Source: a virus. Taken from it: 64,000 bases of DNA. Shown here piece by piece: positions 9,610-18,349 of this stretch (the first letter of the stretch is position 1; every line of letters starts with the position of its first letter). The notes beneath the pieces are model-generated. The model made no database searches and was not told where the DNA came from. It saw only the letters and a program-made list of their open reading frames with translations. Made by a program: the position numbers and the translations under genes. The stretch lies in IMG/VR virus record IMGVR_UViG_3300036985_004624. One strand, written 5' to 3'.

Positions 9610-9977
9610 TTGAATAACTCCCTTAATGTTGTAATAAGATCCGTAGTAAAAATAACACCATATTTTTTACCTAATGAATCAATTCGTTCTTTTTCTTCTG
9701 CTGCGCGTCTTGCTTTGCGTTCAGGTGTATCTTGTGGCCACATTGCATTAGTGTCGCGTATTTGCCATTGTGCATCTTTTTTTGCTATGTCAAAAGAATT
9801 CCAAGGCGATATACCGTTTGCTAATTTATTTGCTGATTGAATTGGACTAAAACCGCGTTTAAGGTCGTGTCCGCGAAGAGCGTTGTAAAAAATGTGATCC
9901 GTAGCAGTACGGTTTATAATTTTGTTCCAAGCAACGATTGCACTTAGATACTCTTCTTTATTGATAATGAAATTCAT
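9606..9977 (-). CDS. hypothetical protein co-translated with Pth2
   Basis: 123-aa ORF, AAGGA RBS. Confidence 0.7.
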   Translation of the reverse strand: MNFIINKEEYLSAIVAWNKIINRTATDHIFYNALRGHDLKRGFSPIQSANKLANGISPWNSFDIAKKDAQWQIRDTNAMWPQDTPERKARRAAEEKERIDSLGKKYGVIFTTDLITTLRELFK

Positions 9978-10039
9978 GATTATTGTCCTTATAAAATGTA
10001 ATCAAATTTGTTTTCTAACTTACTAACATTTGATTAGTT

Positions 10040-10072
10040 TTATGGCGGACCGTTGTTTAACACCTATTGCAT
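10040..10072 (-). promoter_or_regulatory. leader micro-ORF with in-frame amber codon (MQ*VLNNGPP*)
   Basis: AAGGAG RBS then ATG CAA TAG GTG TTA AAC AAC GGT CCG CCA TAA. Confidence 0.7.
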
Positions 10073-10161
10073 ATTATCTCCTTTTAAGTTGTGAATGTAT
10101 TTATATATTGAGTAGACCCTCCCGGCTCAAATCCGGATATGCTTAAACACTCTTATACTCG

Positions 10162-10245
10162 ATTTTTATCTATCAAGTAGCCACTCATTTCCAAGCGTCC
10201 TCGTACTCAGTATGTAACACACCTCTATACTTGATAGATAAAAAT
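10162..10245 (-). ncRNA. long-stem small RNA candidate
   Basis: Perfect 18-bp inverted repeat enclosing 48 nt. Confidence 0.55.
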
Positions 10246-10360
10246 ACTGATGATACAAATAAATATAGATTGCCTTACCGGTAACGCTCTTGCCAGGCTC
10301 TCTGCTTTCGCAGCGCATTCTTTATGCTACTTTGGTATATATTTATTTGTGTGTCTCAGT
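10246..10360 (-). ncRNA. long-stem small RNA candidate with tRNA-like interior
   Basis: ACAAATAAATATA stem enclosing TAGCATAAAGAATGC and CTGC-GAAA-GCAG. Confidence 0.5.
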
Positions 10361-10378
10361 GATTAGATTATAACGGCC

Positions 10379-11161
10379 CTATCGAACTTTTGCAACCGAT
10401 AATATTTCCGTAAGTGTGGGTGCATAACATCCTAAATGCTGTACTGTGATAGAACTTGCATCAATTGCAAACTGGATAGATTTTTCCATATCTTCAGAAC
10501 TTAGATATTGATAGACAAGTGCAGACAAGAATGTATCTCCGGCTCCACAGGCATCTATTACATCTAATTTAACAGCAGGAAATATCTTATCGTCCCATTC
10601 TACACCATTGCCCCCGCAGGTCACTATTGTGGAGTGCATATCCGGTTTACTAATTAAAGAATTATATTCTAGTTGATTTATTTTAATAATACAACCTGTT
10701 ATTTTGGCTAAATTCTTCTTCTTCGTATCAACAAATATCGGACCACGAAAACGTTCTCTTAACTGTTGTATTAATTCGTAACTAATGGCACCTTTTTCGT
10801 AATCGCTTATCACCACAGCATCATACGTGGATAGATCAAGAGTATCTAAAAATAAAGGGCAGGAAATATCATCGTTATCTATACGAATAATATGCTGTCT
10901 ACTTCGAGTATCTATTAAACGTGTCTTTGTACTTATATTACCATATAAGAAATAAACATTACACCCCAACGATTCTAAATTATTACGAACATTCCCGGCC
11001 ATCCCGGGCTTACGTTCTTCGTGTGTAAATTTAAATACAGGTACAGGTGCTTCGGGGCTAATTCGCTCAACTATGCCATACTGGTATATGTCTGTGCAAT
11101 TATCCCCTATCAATAATACTTTGAATTTTGTTTGTCGTTGAGTACTTTTCGAGCCGGTCAT
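10379..11161 (-). CDS. PfkB-family kinase, HldE/RfaE domain I (heptose-7-P kinase-like)
   Basis: RISPEAPVPV, PGMAGNV, ISDYEKG, DACGAGDTF. Confidence 0.9.
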   Translation of the reverse strand: MTGSKSTQRQTKFKVLLIGDNCTDIYQYGIVERISPEAPVPVFKFTHEERKPGMAGNVRNNLESLGCNVYFLYGNISTKTRLIDTRSRQHIIRIDNDDISCPLFLDTLDLSTYDAVVISDYEKGAISYELIQQLRERFRGPIFVDTKKKNLAKITGCIIKINQLEYNSLISKPDMHSTIVTCGGNGVEWDDKIFPAVKLDVIDACGAGDTFLSALVYQYLSSEDMEKSIQFAIDASSITVQHLGCYAPTLTEILSVAKVR

Positions 11162-11504
11162 AGAATTTTATATGTTTACAGTATTTAGCACCAATAATCG
11201 GCTGGTCGCGATAATCGCTACCTTTAATCATAATATCTGGCGCAAACTTACGTATCAGTTCTTCTAATTCTTCATCAGAGTCAAACACATCAACTCTGTC
11301 TACACATTTAAGTGCGAATAATAATGTGCATCGTTCGTATTCATTATTTACGGGACGGGTTGGGCCTTTTAGTTCACGAACGCGACGATCACTGTCTATC
11401 AATACCGATATATAGGAATCTGGCTGAGATCTTGCAAATTCTAATAAACGTATATGTCCTAAATGAAGAACGTCAAATGTACCATTTACGATTATTCTAG
11501 ACAT
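11100..11504 (-). CDS. nucleotidyltransferase, HldE/RfaE domain II
   Basis: NGTFDVLHLGH, LKGPTRPVN, KGSDY, YSTT. Confidence 0.9.
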   Translation of the reverse strand: MSRIIVNGTFDVLHLGHIRLLEFARSQPDSYISVLIDSDRRVRELKGPTRPVNNEYERCTLLFALKCVDRVDVFDSDEELEELIRKFAPDIMIKGSDYRDQPIIGAKYCKHIKFYDRLEKYSTTNKIQSIIDRG

Positions 11505-11617
11505 ATTATCTTATACCGACTGTTGCCCTTACCTATGCGGTAATTATCTTCTATACTATCAGGTGTACTAACTTCAATCCACCAACCTTTCGAAACCGGC
11601 CCGTTTAATCTCGTCAT
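11492..11617 (-). pseudogene. internally deleted cupin (mannose-6-P isomerase-like) remnant
   Basis: MTRLNGPVSKGW fused directly to WIEVSTPDSIEDNYRI, the two ends of the cupin usual in such heptose operons. Confidence 0.65.
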
Positions 11618-11618
11618 T

Positions 11619-12521
11619 TTATAGAATCTCCAGTCCTGTTCCACACTCACTGCAGAATTTTGCATTTGCTTTATTTACCTTACCGCAGGTACCACATCTC
11701 TGTTTATTCTTTACTAAAATTGGTGCAGCAACTTCTACAGTCCCAATCATACCTACCATTCTAAGAATGATAACGTGTGAGTTAAGTTCTGATTTAAAGC
11801 CGAATACAGGTGTAAACTTTTGATCTACCTTAGAGCCTGGCACAGTAATGCCTATATCACTGACAGGGATTGCACGATTATCGGCACATACTGAGCCCAT
11901 ATGTGGATCAACAGTAGCAGAATCATATGTTTCCGATACTTGATTTACCACACCCCTTAATGACGATGCACACGATGCATTCATAAATTGTGAATCACCT
12001 AATGACCCACTTGCACCACTAATACCGGTGCTCACACAACCATATCTCCCAATTATTGGTGGCCACGTATATGGCTGATGATAGTAATCACGGTAGTGAT
12101 GCTTATCCCAATAAATATCATTTATCTTTATTTCCGCTTGTTCTTGCTCAAACCAAAATTCAACACGAACGACACCATCGTCAACGTTGATACCACGCGG
12201 TCCGTCTTCTACAGATTTTGTTCTTTCTATGAATTTAAAGGCATTACCTTCATTCATATTTCCATTGCGAATGAATCGTTTTACTTCAACTTCAGAATTC
12301 CCTCTTACAATAATCTCTTCTCCATCGAGTACATCCGTACCATCTATGTGCAATATAAATTTTGCTCGTCTCGAATTCAGATTTTTAACTAATACACTAA
12401 ATTCACTACCATAAGGTAAGTGTACTAAGTCTTTGTTTTCACGGAGGATTTTGCCGTTATGTTTTATTGCCACGGCGAAGCGATCTTGATACATGTTCAT
12501 GTTTTCCTTTATACATCGCAC
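11619..12521 (-). CDS. hypothetical protein with C-terminal double zinc ribbon (start likely ~12500)
   Basis: CGTCGK..FCSECG. Confidence 0.75.
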   Translation of the reverse strand: MRCIKENMNMYQDRFAVAIKHNGKILRENKDLVHLPYGSEFSVLVKNLNSRRAKFILHIDGTDVLDGEEIIVRGNSEVEVKRFIRNGNMNEGNAFKFIERTKSVEDGPRGINVDDGVVRVEFWFEQEQAEIKINDIYWDKHHYRDYYHQPYTWPPIIGRYGCVSTGISGASGSLGDSQFMNASCASSLRGVVNQVSETYDSATVDPHMGSVCADNRAIPVSDIGITVPGSKVDQKFTPVFGFKSELNSHVIILRMVGMIGTVEVAAPILVKNKQRCGTCGKVNKANAKFCSECGTGLEIL

Positions 12522-12602
12522 AGACTAAGCGATCGATTGTTAAAGTCTGTTAGGTGCTACACTGTGTAGCAAATTTATTTATCTTATGCAGATATTTTAG
12601 TC

Positions 12603-12630
12603 AAAGAAAAAGGCCTTGCGGCCTTCTTCT
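12603..12630 (-). terminator. intrinsic terminator
   Basis: AAGGCC-GCAA-GGCCTT-TTTCTTT after porin. Confidence 0.85.
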
Positions 12631-12642
12631 GATTAGTTTTGT

Positions 12643-13530
12643 TTAGAAACTATGTGATAGTCCAAGACCCAACTGGCGTGTATCAACTGTATCATTAACA
12701 TTGCGTAAAGCAACATTTACAGAAGTACGCTTAGACAAGTCATATTCGGCACCAACTGCATATGCAGTCACTCTAGTTGCGATGTCACCAGTCTTCACAC
12801 CATATGAGCCTTTAAGGATCAATGGCAGACCTGATACTGGAAGAGCAAGACCGACTAAAGTACCGCGTGTTGTACCGGCCACATCAGCATCCAAACTGGT
12901 GCTAGCGAACAACTTGTTACCAGCGTATGCGCCTTGCACCGCAAGAACAGTGCTCTTAGCATCACCTTGTTCAAAACGAGCAACAGTAGCAGAGACTGGA
13001 CCAAGCTTACCTGTTCCGCTGTAGCTAGTAGCTTCAACACCACCTGTTACGGTGCGATCAAATGCGATAGAGGCAGGACCTAAATTGTAGTTAAGGAACA
13101 CTGCGTTGCCGCTACGAACTGTGCGAACATTGTGAATGTCGCCGGCGATTGAGCCGTAGTCAGTATCGAATACGTCATTGCTGGTGATTGCCAGGAAGTG
13201 ACTGTTCAACTTACGACCTAAATCGACCGAACCGTTCTTTGATGCCAGACCGATTGTGCTTTGGCGATTACCAATCTTGGTATCAGCATTGGCAGCAGGA
13301 TCATTGCCGGAGAAGCCAGTTTCAACAACTACGCGGGCGGATAGTCCGTTGCCAAGTGATTCGTTTGCTTTGAATCCGATGCGACTTGTATCGTCCACCA
13401 TGCTTGTAACAGTAGTATTACCTACCTTAGTGTTGTCAACATATTCACGAACTAATCCGTAAACGGCAACTTGAGCCGATGCTGAGAGTGATGCGGCGAC
13501 AAGAATTGTCGCTAATACTAATTTTTTCAT
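12643..13530 (-). CDS. Gram-negative outer-membrane porin
   Basis: Signal peptide, SRIGFKANESLGNGL, YDLSKRT, C-terminal LSHSF. Confidence 0.9.
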   Translation of the reverse strand: MKKLVLATILVAASLSASAQVAVYGLVREYVDNTKVGNTTVTSMVDDTSRIGFKANESLGNGLSARVVVETGFSGNDPAANADTKIGNRQSTIGLASKNGSVDLGRKLNSHFLAITSNDVFDTDYGSIAGDIHNVRTVRSGNAVFLNYNLGPASIAFDRTVTGGVEATSYSGTGKLGPVSATVARFEQGDAKSTVLAVQGAYAGNKLFASTSLDADVAGTTRGTLVGLALPVSGLPLILKGSYGVKTGDIATRVTAYAVGAEYDLSKRTSVNVALRNVNDTVDTRQLGLGLSHSF

Positions 13531-13589
13531 TATATTTCCTTTTGTTTGTTCGCCTTTTAAAGTGCGAATCTATATTTATCTCAATCTTA

Positions 13590-13618
13590 ATTGTATTATA
13601 GTATTTTAGAATTGTCAA
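13590..13618 (-). promoter_or_regulatory. sigma70-type promoter
   Basis: TTGACA-17-TACAAT. Confidence 0.65.
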
Positions 13619-13625
13619 CTTATCA

Positions 13626-14618
13626 TTATAGACTTAATTTCTTCCAATCTGCTCTAATTTTATCTTTAACTGACTTGGGAAGCGCAACATAATCTAATTC
13701 ATCTGCTGCTTTATCGCCACTTGTAAATGCCCAATCAAAGAACTTCGTTGCTACTTTGACTTGTTCAATGTTGTCAGGCTTTTGATAGATAAGAATAAAT
13801 GTTGCGCCGCTGATTGGCCACGCTGCCTTGCCATTTTGGTTAGTAAGAATCTGGTAGTATGTCTTGTTCCAATCGGCGCCTGCGGCTGCTGCTTTGAACG
13901 CATCTTCTTCTGGAGCAACCCAAGTGCCTGCGGCATTTTGGACTTGAACATAAGTCATCTTGTTTTGATTCACATACGCATATTCGACATACCCAATTGA
14001 TCCCGGAAGCTGCTTAACCATTGCTGCTACGCCCTCATTACCTTTGCCACCGGCCCCAACTTTCCAATTGACTGCGGTCCCTTCGCCCACCGTGTCTTTA
14101 AATTCTTTACTCACTTTACTTAGATAGTTAGTCCAGATAAATGTTGTACCTGATCCATCTGCTCTACGCACTGCCATAATATCAACTGACGGTAGAGCAA
14201 GGGTCGGATTCAATGTTTTGATTGCCGTATCATCCCATTTCTTAATCTTACCAAGGTAAATGTCAGCAAGAACGGTACCAGTTAGTTTCATATCGCCAGG
14301 ATTGATACCTTTAAGATTAACTACAGGAACAACTCCACCAATAACTGTTGGGAATTGGAATAGACCCATTACAGCTAACTTGTCATCTGTAAGTGGCATA
14401 TCACTTGCACCGAATACAACAGTCTTGCCTTCGATCTGTTTAATGCCGGCCCCTGAACCAACACTTTGATAGTTGACCTTAATGCCCGTTTCTTTGTTGT
14501 AGGCTGCTGCCCATTTCGAATACAAAGGAGCAGGGAATGTTGCTCCGGCTCCAGTAATGTCTTGTGCTGTTGCAGTTATTGCGACAGCGGCTAATAGAAT
14601 TGCTAATAGTTTCTTCAA
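13626..14618 (-). CDS. pstS: phosphate ABC transporter substrate-binding protein
   Basis: ITGAGATFPAPLY, YQSVGSGAG, RRADGSGTT, GKGNEGV. Confidence 0.97.
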   Translation of the reverse strand: MKKLLAILLAAVAITATAQDITGAGATFPAPLYSKWAAAYNKETGIKVNYQSVGSGAGIKQIEGKTVVFGASDMPLTDDKLAVMGLFQFPTVIGGVVPVVNLKGINPGDMKLTGTVLADIYLGKIKKWDDTAIKTLNPTLALPSVDIMAVRRADGSGTTFIWTNYLSKVSKEFKDTVGEGTAVNWKVGAGGKGNEGVAAMVKQLPGSIGYVEYAYVNQNKMTYVQVQNAAGTWVAPEEDAFKAAAAGADWNKTYYQILTNQNGKAAWPISGATFILIYQKPDNIEQVKVATKFFDWAFTSGDKAADELDYVALPKSVKDKIRADWKKLSL

Positions 14619-14655
14619 TTGTAACCCCTTTTAAGTAAGCTAATATTTAGCAGAC

Positions 14656-14688
14656 TTTTGTTAAATATTTGTTACGGTTTTGTTACAG
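14656..14688 (-). promoter_or_regulatory. Pho-box-like tandem 11-bp repeats
   Basis: CTGTAAC-AAAA-CCGTAAC-AAAT-ATTTAAC-AAAA upstream of pstS. Confidence 0.75.
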
Positions 14689-14721
14689 TGATATTATATT
14701 ATAAAAGTATAAGAAAATTAA

Positions 14722-15870
14722 TTATAAATCTCTGTCTATTAACTCAATCAATTTCGGTATAACTGTAATCGGATCTATACCAGATCTTATACCATTCGTT
14801 ATATATCCGTCTTGTATTATTTTTAAATAATTTTCACATGGAAGATTATCGAAACTATTTATAAATTGATTAATTTCTACTGCATATTTGTTTATGTAGG
14901 AATTATTATAAATAGGTTCTACATTGACTAATTGTCTACTATATACACCCAATGTACTTATTGCCATTGTTGCAGGGCCAGAAACGTGATTTATTCCAAA
15001 CCTGAACCATGTATATTGTCCAAAACTATCTAACCAATACAGAAATTCACGAAGACCTTCAAGACAATATAAGTTTAATGTAGGAATAACAGTAACAGTT
15101 AAATTTTTATGTGTTAAGGAAAGATTATATAATTGTTTAAAATTATTATCAAATTTATCCCATTTTAAACCTGTTCGAATAAATTCTGCCTGCGACCCTA
15201 CGGATTCTATGCTAATCCTAAATATAAATTTGATATTTTTATTTTCTTCTACATATTTACGTATGCGGACAAAATGAGAATCGTTAAACATTGCATTCGA
15301 ATACAGAATTATACTAAGCGGTTTAGTCCTTAGCGCAACTATCTTATCCAAAATAGTATAAAAAGAGGGCATGATTGTTACTTCACCGCCGATTAATTCT
15401 ATATTAGACAGTTCATCACTAACAATGACGCGCTCTATCCACTTCATTGCTGGTGTTTCAAAGTCTGTACATGAGTGACTTATGATAGGTATGTTTTTTT
15501 CTACTGCCCAAGTCGTGCTATCTTTTTCAGAACAATATACGCAAGCAAGATTGCATAAATTTCCTAAGTTTATAGATAACATCTTTGGAAAGGCAACATA
15601 TAAATCAAAATTATTAGTTTGAAGTACAGGTATCTGTTTACTAAATTGTCTTTTACTGAGTTGGTTCTTATCTTCGAGTACCCAGCAACTATCACAATCG
15701 GTTGGACGAGAGCCTTGTAGGAACTCTGTTCTTCTATCTATTAGGAATTTATTATTAAAGAAATCAGTTTGGTCATCCACCCACGGTGTTCTACCACAAC
15801 TTCTAATTTTACCATTTGCAATATTTATTTCTAGCCATGTCCACGGCATATGACAGCTTATTTCTTTCAT
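14722..15870 (-). CDS. radical SAM protein with N-terminal twitch/SPASM-like Cys region
   Basis: CNLACVYC, IGGEV, CHMPW..CDSCW. Confidence 0.85.
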   Translation of the reverse strand: MKEISCHMPWTWLEINIANGKIRSCGRTPWVDDQTDFFNNKFLIDRRTEFLQGSRPTDCDSCWVLEDKNQLSKRQFSKQIPVLQTNNFDLYVAFPKMLSINLGNLCNLACVYCSEKDSTTWAVEKNIPIISHSCTDFETPAMKWIERVIVSDELSNIELIGGEVTIMPSFYTILDKIVALRTKPLSIILYSNAMFNDSHFVRIRKYVEENKNIKFIFRISIESVGSQAEFIRTGLKWDKFDNNFKQLYNLSLTHKNLTVTVIPTLNLYCLEGLREFLYWLDSFGQYTWFRFGINHVSGPATMAISTLGVYSRQLVNVEPIYNNSYINKYAVEINQFINSFDNLPCENYLKIIQDGYITNGIRSGIDPITVIPKLIELIDRDL

Positions 15871-15912
15871 CTATTACCTATATATTTAATATTTATCGCA
15901 ATATAGTCCATT

Positions 15913-15935
15913 AAAATAGGGACCGAAGTCCCTAT
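15913..15935 (-). terminator. intrinsic terminator after tmRNA
   Basis: ATAGGGAC-TTCG-GTCCCTAT-TTT. Confidence 0.85.
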
Positions 15936-15939
15936 GTGA

Positions 15940-16300
15940 TTGGTTTGGTTACAAGGTCGTTCTACCTCGGAGTTGGTGTTTCTTAGGCAACCATTTCCAT
16001 AGCCATATCGCTATCAGCGAAAGCCGACAGGTCAAGAGCTACAAAAGACTCAGTTGTATATGCGTTTGCATTTACAGATTTGCTTGATTAACGGTCATCG
16101 CCTACCGTGTTGCCGTCTCTACTATCTCACGCAATCGATTACCGGAGCAGGCCCATCATAAAGAAATTACAGACTATATTCGTCCGGAATAAACGGGACA
16201 TATTCTTCTGGTAGTTCTAATATATTCATAAATTTCCTTATGGTGGACCTGGCGAGATTCGAACTCGCGTCTTGCTTGCCTTCATTTCAAAGGGATTACA
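15940..16300 (-). ncRNA. ssrA: circularly permuted (two-piece) tmRNA
   Basis: T-arm plus CAGGTCC-ACCA (16241) precedes GGGCCTG 5' end (16154), G3-U70, tag frame 16069..15983 ANAYTTESFVALDLSAFADSDMAMEMVA*. Confidence 0.9.
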
Positions 16301-16306
16301 ACAATT

Positions 16307-17392
16307 CTATCCTACAAAATTATGAAACAACGGAATAAACACATTTCGCTGATTCTTTTCCTTAAATGCATATGTTTTTGTCATCGCAATAATACACCCA
16401 TTCCTATCATTATTACTTACCTTAACTATACGATCAAACCCCACCGATGTATCAATATTAATATTACTAAGAATATTCGATATTAAGAATCCACTTCCTA
16501 CAGGAATATACATATCTTGATCACATAATAATATCCACTCGTTTGAGGCTATCTTACTACCTTCTAAAAGTGCTTCCTCTGCATTTGTTGTATTATATAC
16601 AGGAATAATCTCTGCGTCAACCTCTGATAATCCCGGAGATCTTCCTACATTAATTTCAAATACAGTAGGATCATTTACTGGAACAATTACACTAAATGTA
16701 ATAGGGCGATTAGTTATAGGCTTAGGTATCTTTGTGCCCGTGACACATATCTGATAACTATATAAATTTCTTTCTGCTACAGCTCGGGATATTCCGCGAA
16801 ATTCTGCTGCATCTATCAATAGATTAGCAAACTTTATATCTTTTTCTCCTCCATTACCCACTCCCACATAGCGTGTAGTTTCTATTGTAGGAAACCATCC
16901 CGAATCTAAAAATAATTTAATTGTTGAAGCAATTGACATAAATCTTAAATGTGTAGAATCGAGCAGACCGTATTCGTCATACGATAAATCGCCTAGTAAC
17001 ATACGTTCTATAACACCTATATTTGTCATGATAGGCATACAACACGATATCCGAGCAGCAGGACTGCTAACTTCATATACAAATTTCATAGCATCTATTG
17101 GATTTGTTAAATGTTCGAGCACATCACCCATCACAACTGCATCATAATTACTGCCAGGTAAATCGGATTCTTTAGGATTATTAAGATCCATAAGAACTAC
17201 TTCGTCCATGCGCTTTATTGCTTGAGAAAGTGACTGTGAACTTACATCGACACCTGTCCATTTTGCAACAGGATGTAAACTCTTAAATACTTCGGCTAAT
17301 CGACCGCCTGAACACCCTAACTCTAATACATTAATTGCTTCTGAAGAAACTAATCTCAGTAATTCATTGTTTATATTGTCATATTGTTTCAA
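16307..17392 (-). CDS. class I SAM methyltransferase fused to GT2-like fragment
   Basis: VLELGCSGG, GDVLEHL, GLLDSTHLRF, C-terminal FSVIVPVND..LCDQD. Confidence 0.85.
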   Translation of the reverse strand: MKQYDNINNELLRLVSSEAINVLELGCSGGRLAEVFKSLHPVAKWTGVDVSSQSLSQAIKRMDEVVLMDLNNPKESDLPGSNYDAVVMGDVLEHLTNPIDAMKFVYEVSSPAARISCCMPIMTNIGVIERMLLGDLSYDEYGLLDSTHLRFMSIASTIKLFLDSGWFPTIETTRYVGVGNGGEKDIKFANLLIDAAEFRGISRAVAERNLYSYQICVTGTKIPKPITNRPITFSVIVPVNDPTVFEINVGRSPGLSEVDAEIIPVYNTTNAEEALLEGSKIASNEWILLCDQDMYIPVGSGFLISNILSNINIDTSVGFDRIVKVSNNDRNGCIIAMTKTYAFKEKNQRNVFIPLFHNFVG

Positions 17393-17403
17393 TGTTATTC
17401 AAC

Positions 17404-17595
17404 CTATTTAGTACCGATATGCCCGGTTCCCCACATAATTGCTATTACGGGCAATGCCACATGTTCAAATATTTCATATAATGCCCATAGCGTGAGCCCT
17501 AATGCAAACCAATTGCTTGTCGTTGCTTTTCTACTTAGCCAACCAAAGAATTGTCCGTGCCATTTACCTATATTTCTTGCAAATTTTACTATCAT
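17404..17595 (-). CDS. small membrane protein
   Basis: 63 aa, AGGAG RBS, hydrophobic. Confidence 0.65.
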   Translation of the reverse strand: MIVKFARNIGKWHGQFFGWLSRKATTSNWFALGLTLWALYEIFEHVALPVIAIMWGTGHIGTK

Positions 17596-17657
17596 CTAAG
17601 ATCTCCTATTGCATACTTACCTGTCGAATAATATAGAGATCAATGTTATTCGATATA

Positions 17658-17927
17658 TTATTTTACACAAGAATTCAATGCAGTCAATAATTCGCCTTCA
17701 TATCCCATATGTAATTTTCTATCTGCCAACAATGCTTTTGTCTTATCAAATACCGTCTGTTCTGCTTTTAATTTATCAAAATTAAAATCTGGTTTCACAG
17801 GAACTACTGCTTTACATGGTACGGCAATCGGAACTTCTACACGTTGTATAACAGTATTAATAACTGGCTCGGTAGTAGCACATCCAGAGAGTAAAATAAT
17901 AGAAAGTATTAGAATATTATTCTGCAT
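17658..17927 (-). CDS. o-spanin-like lipoprotein
   Basis: Lipobox LLSGC, Pro-rich, terminal Cys, overlaps i-spanin. Confidence 0.75.
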   Translation of the reverse strand: MQNNILILSIILLSGCATTEPVINTVIQRVEVPIAVPCKAVVPVKPDFNFDKLKAEQTVFDKTKALLADRKLHMGYEGELLTALNSCVK

Positions 17928-18321
17928 TTTGAAGTTCCTTATTAATTAGGTTGTTCGATGCTTCACAATTAGATTCGGTAGGAGGCACTTTAGAATCCAT
18001 TAATTCTTGCGCTTGTTTCTTATAAGAAATTGCTATGGCGCGTGCTTTATTAATTTCAATTTGATGGGCGGCTAATCGTGCATCGATCTCTGCTTTCATT
18101 TTATCTATTGCTGCATTTTGATCTAATATAGCTTGTTGCAAGCCTTTTACTGAGGCTTGAGATACTTGTAATTCTGCAACAACGACATTCTTTTCAGCTA
18201 TTGCTGCCGAAAGATCGGACTTTAATATCTTTATATAAATGCCAGCACCTAAAATAGCTGCCGCTAATATGCCTACTAATACTAAATTCTTATTCTTTAA
18301 TAAAAATGCAATCATGCCCAT
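17917..18321 (-). CDS. i-spanin-like protein
   Basis: N-terminal TM, coiled coil, C-terminal Cys. Confidence 0.75.
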   Translation of the reverse strand: MGMIAFLLKNKNLVLVGILAAAILGAGIYIKILKSDLSAAIAEKNVVVAELQVSQASVKGLQQAILDQNAAIDKMKAEIDARLAAHQIEINKARAIAISYKKQAQELMDSKVPPTESNCEASNNLINKELQNAE

Positions 18322-18349
18322 ATCTTACCCCGTTATGTAATTACTTATC

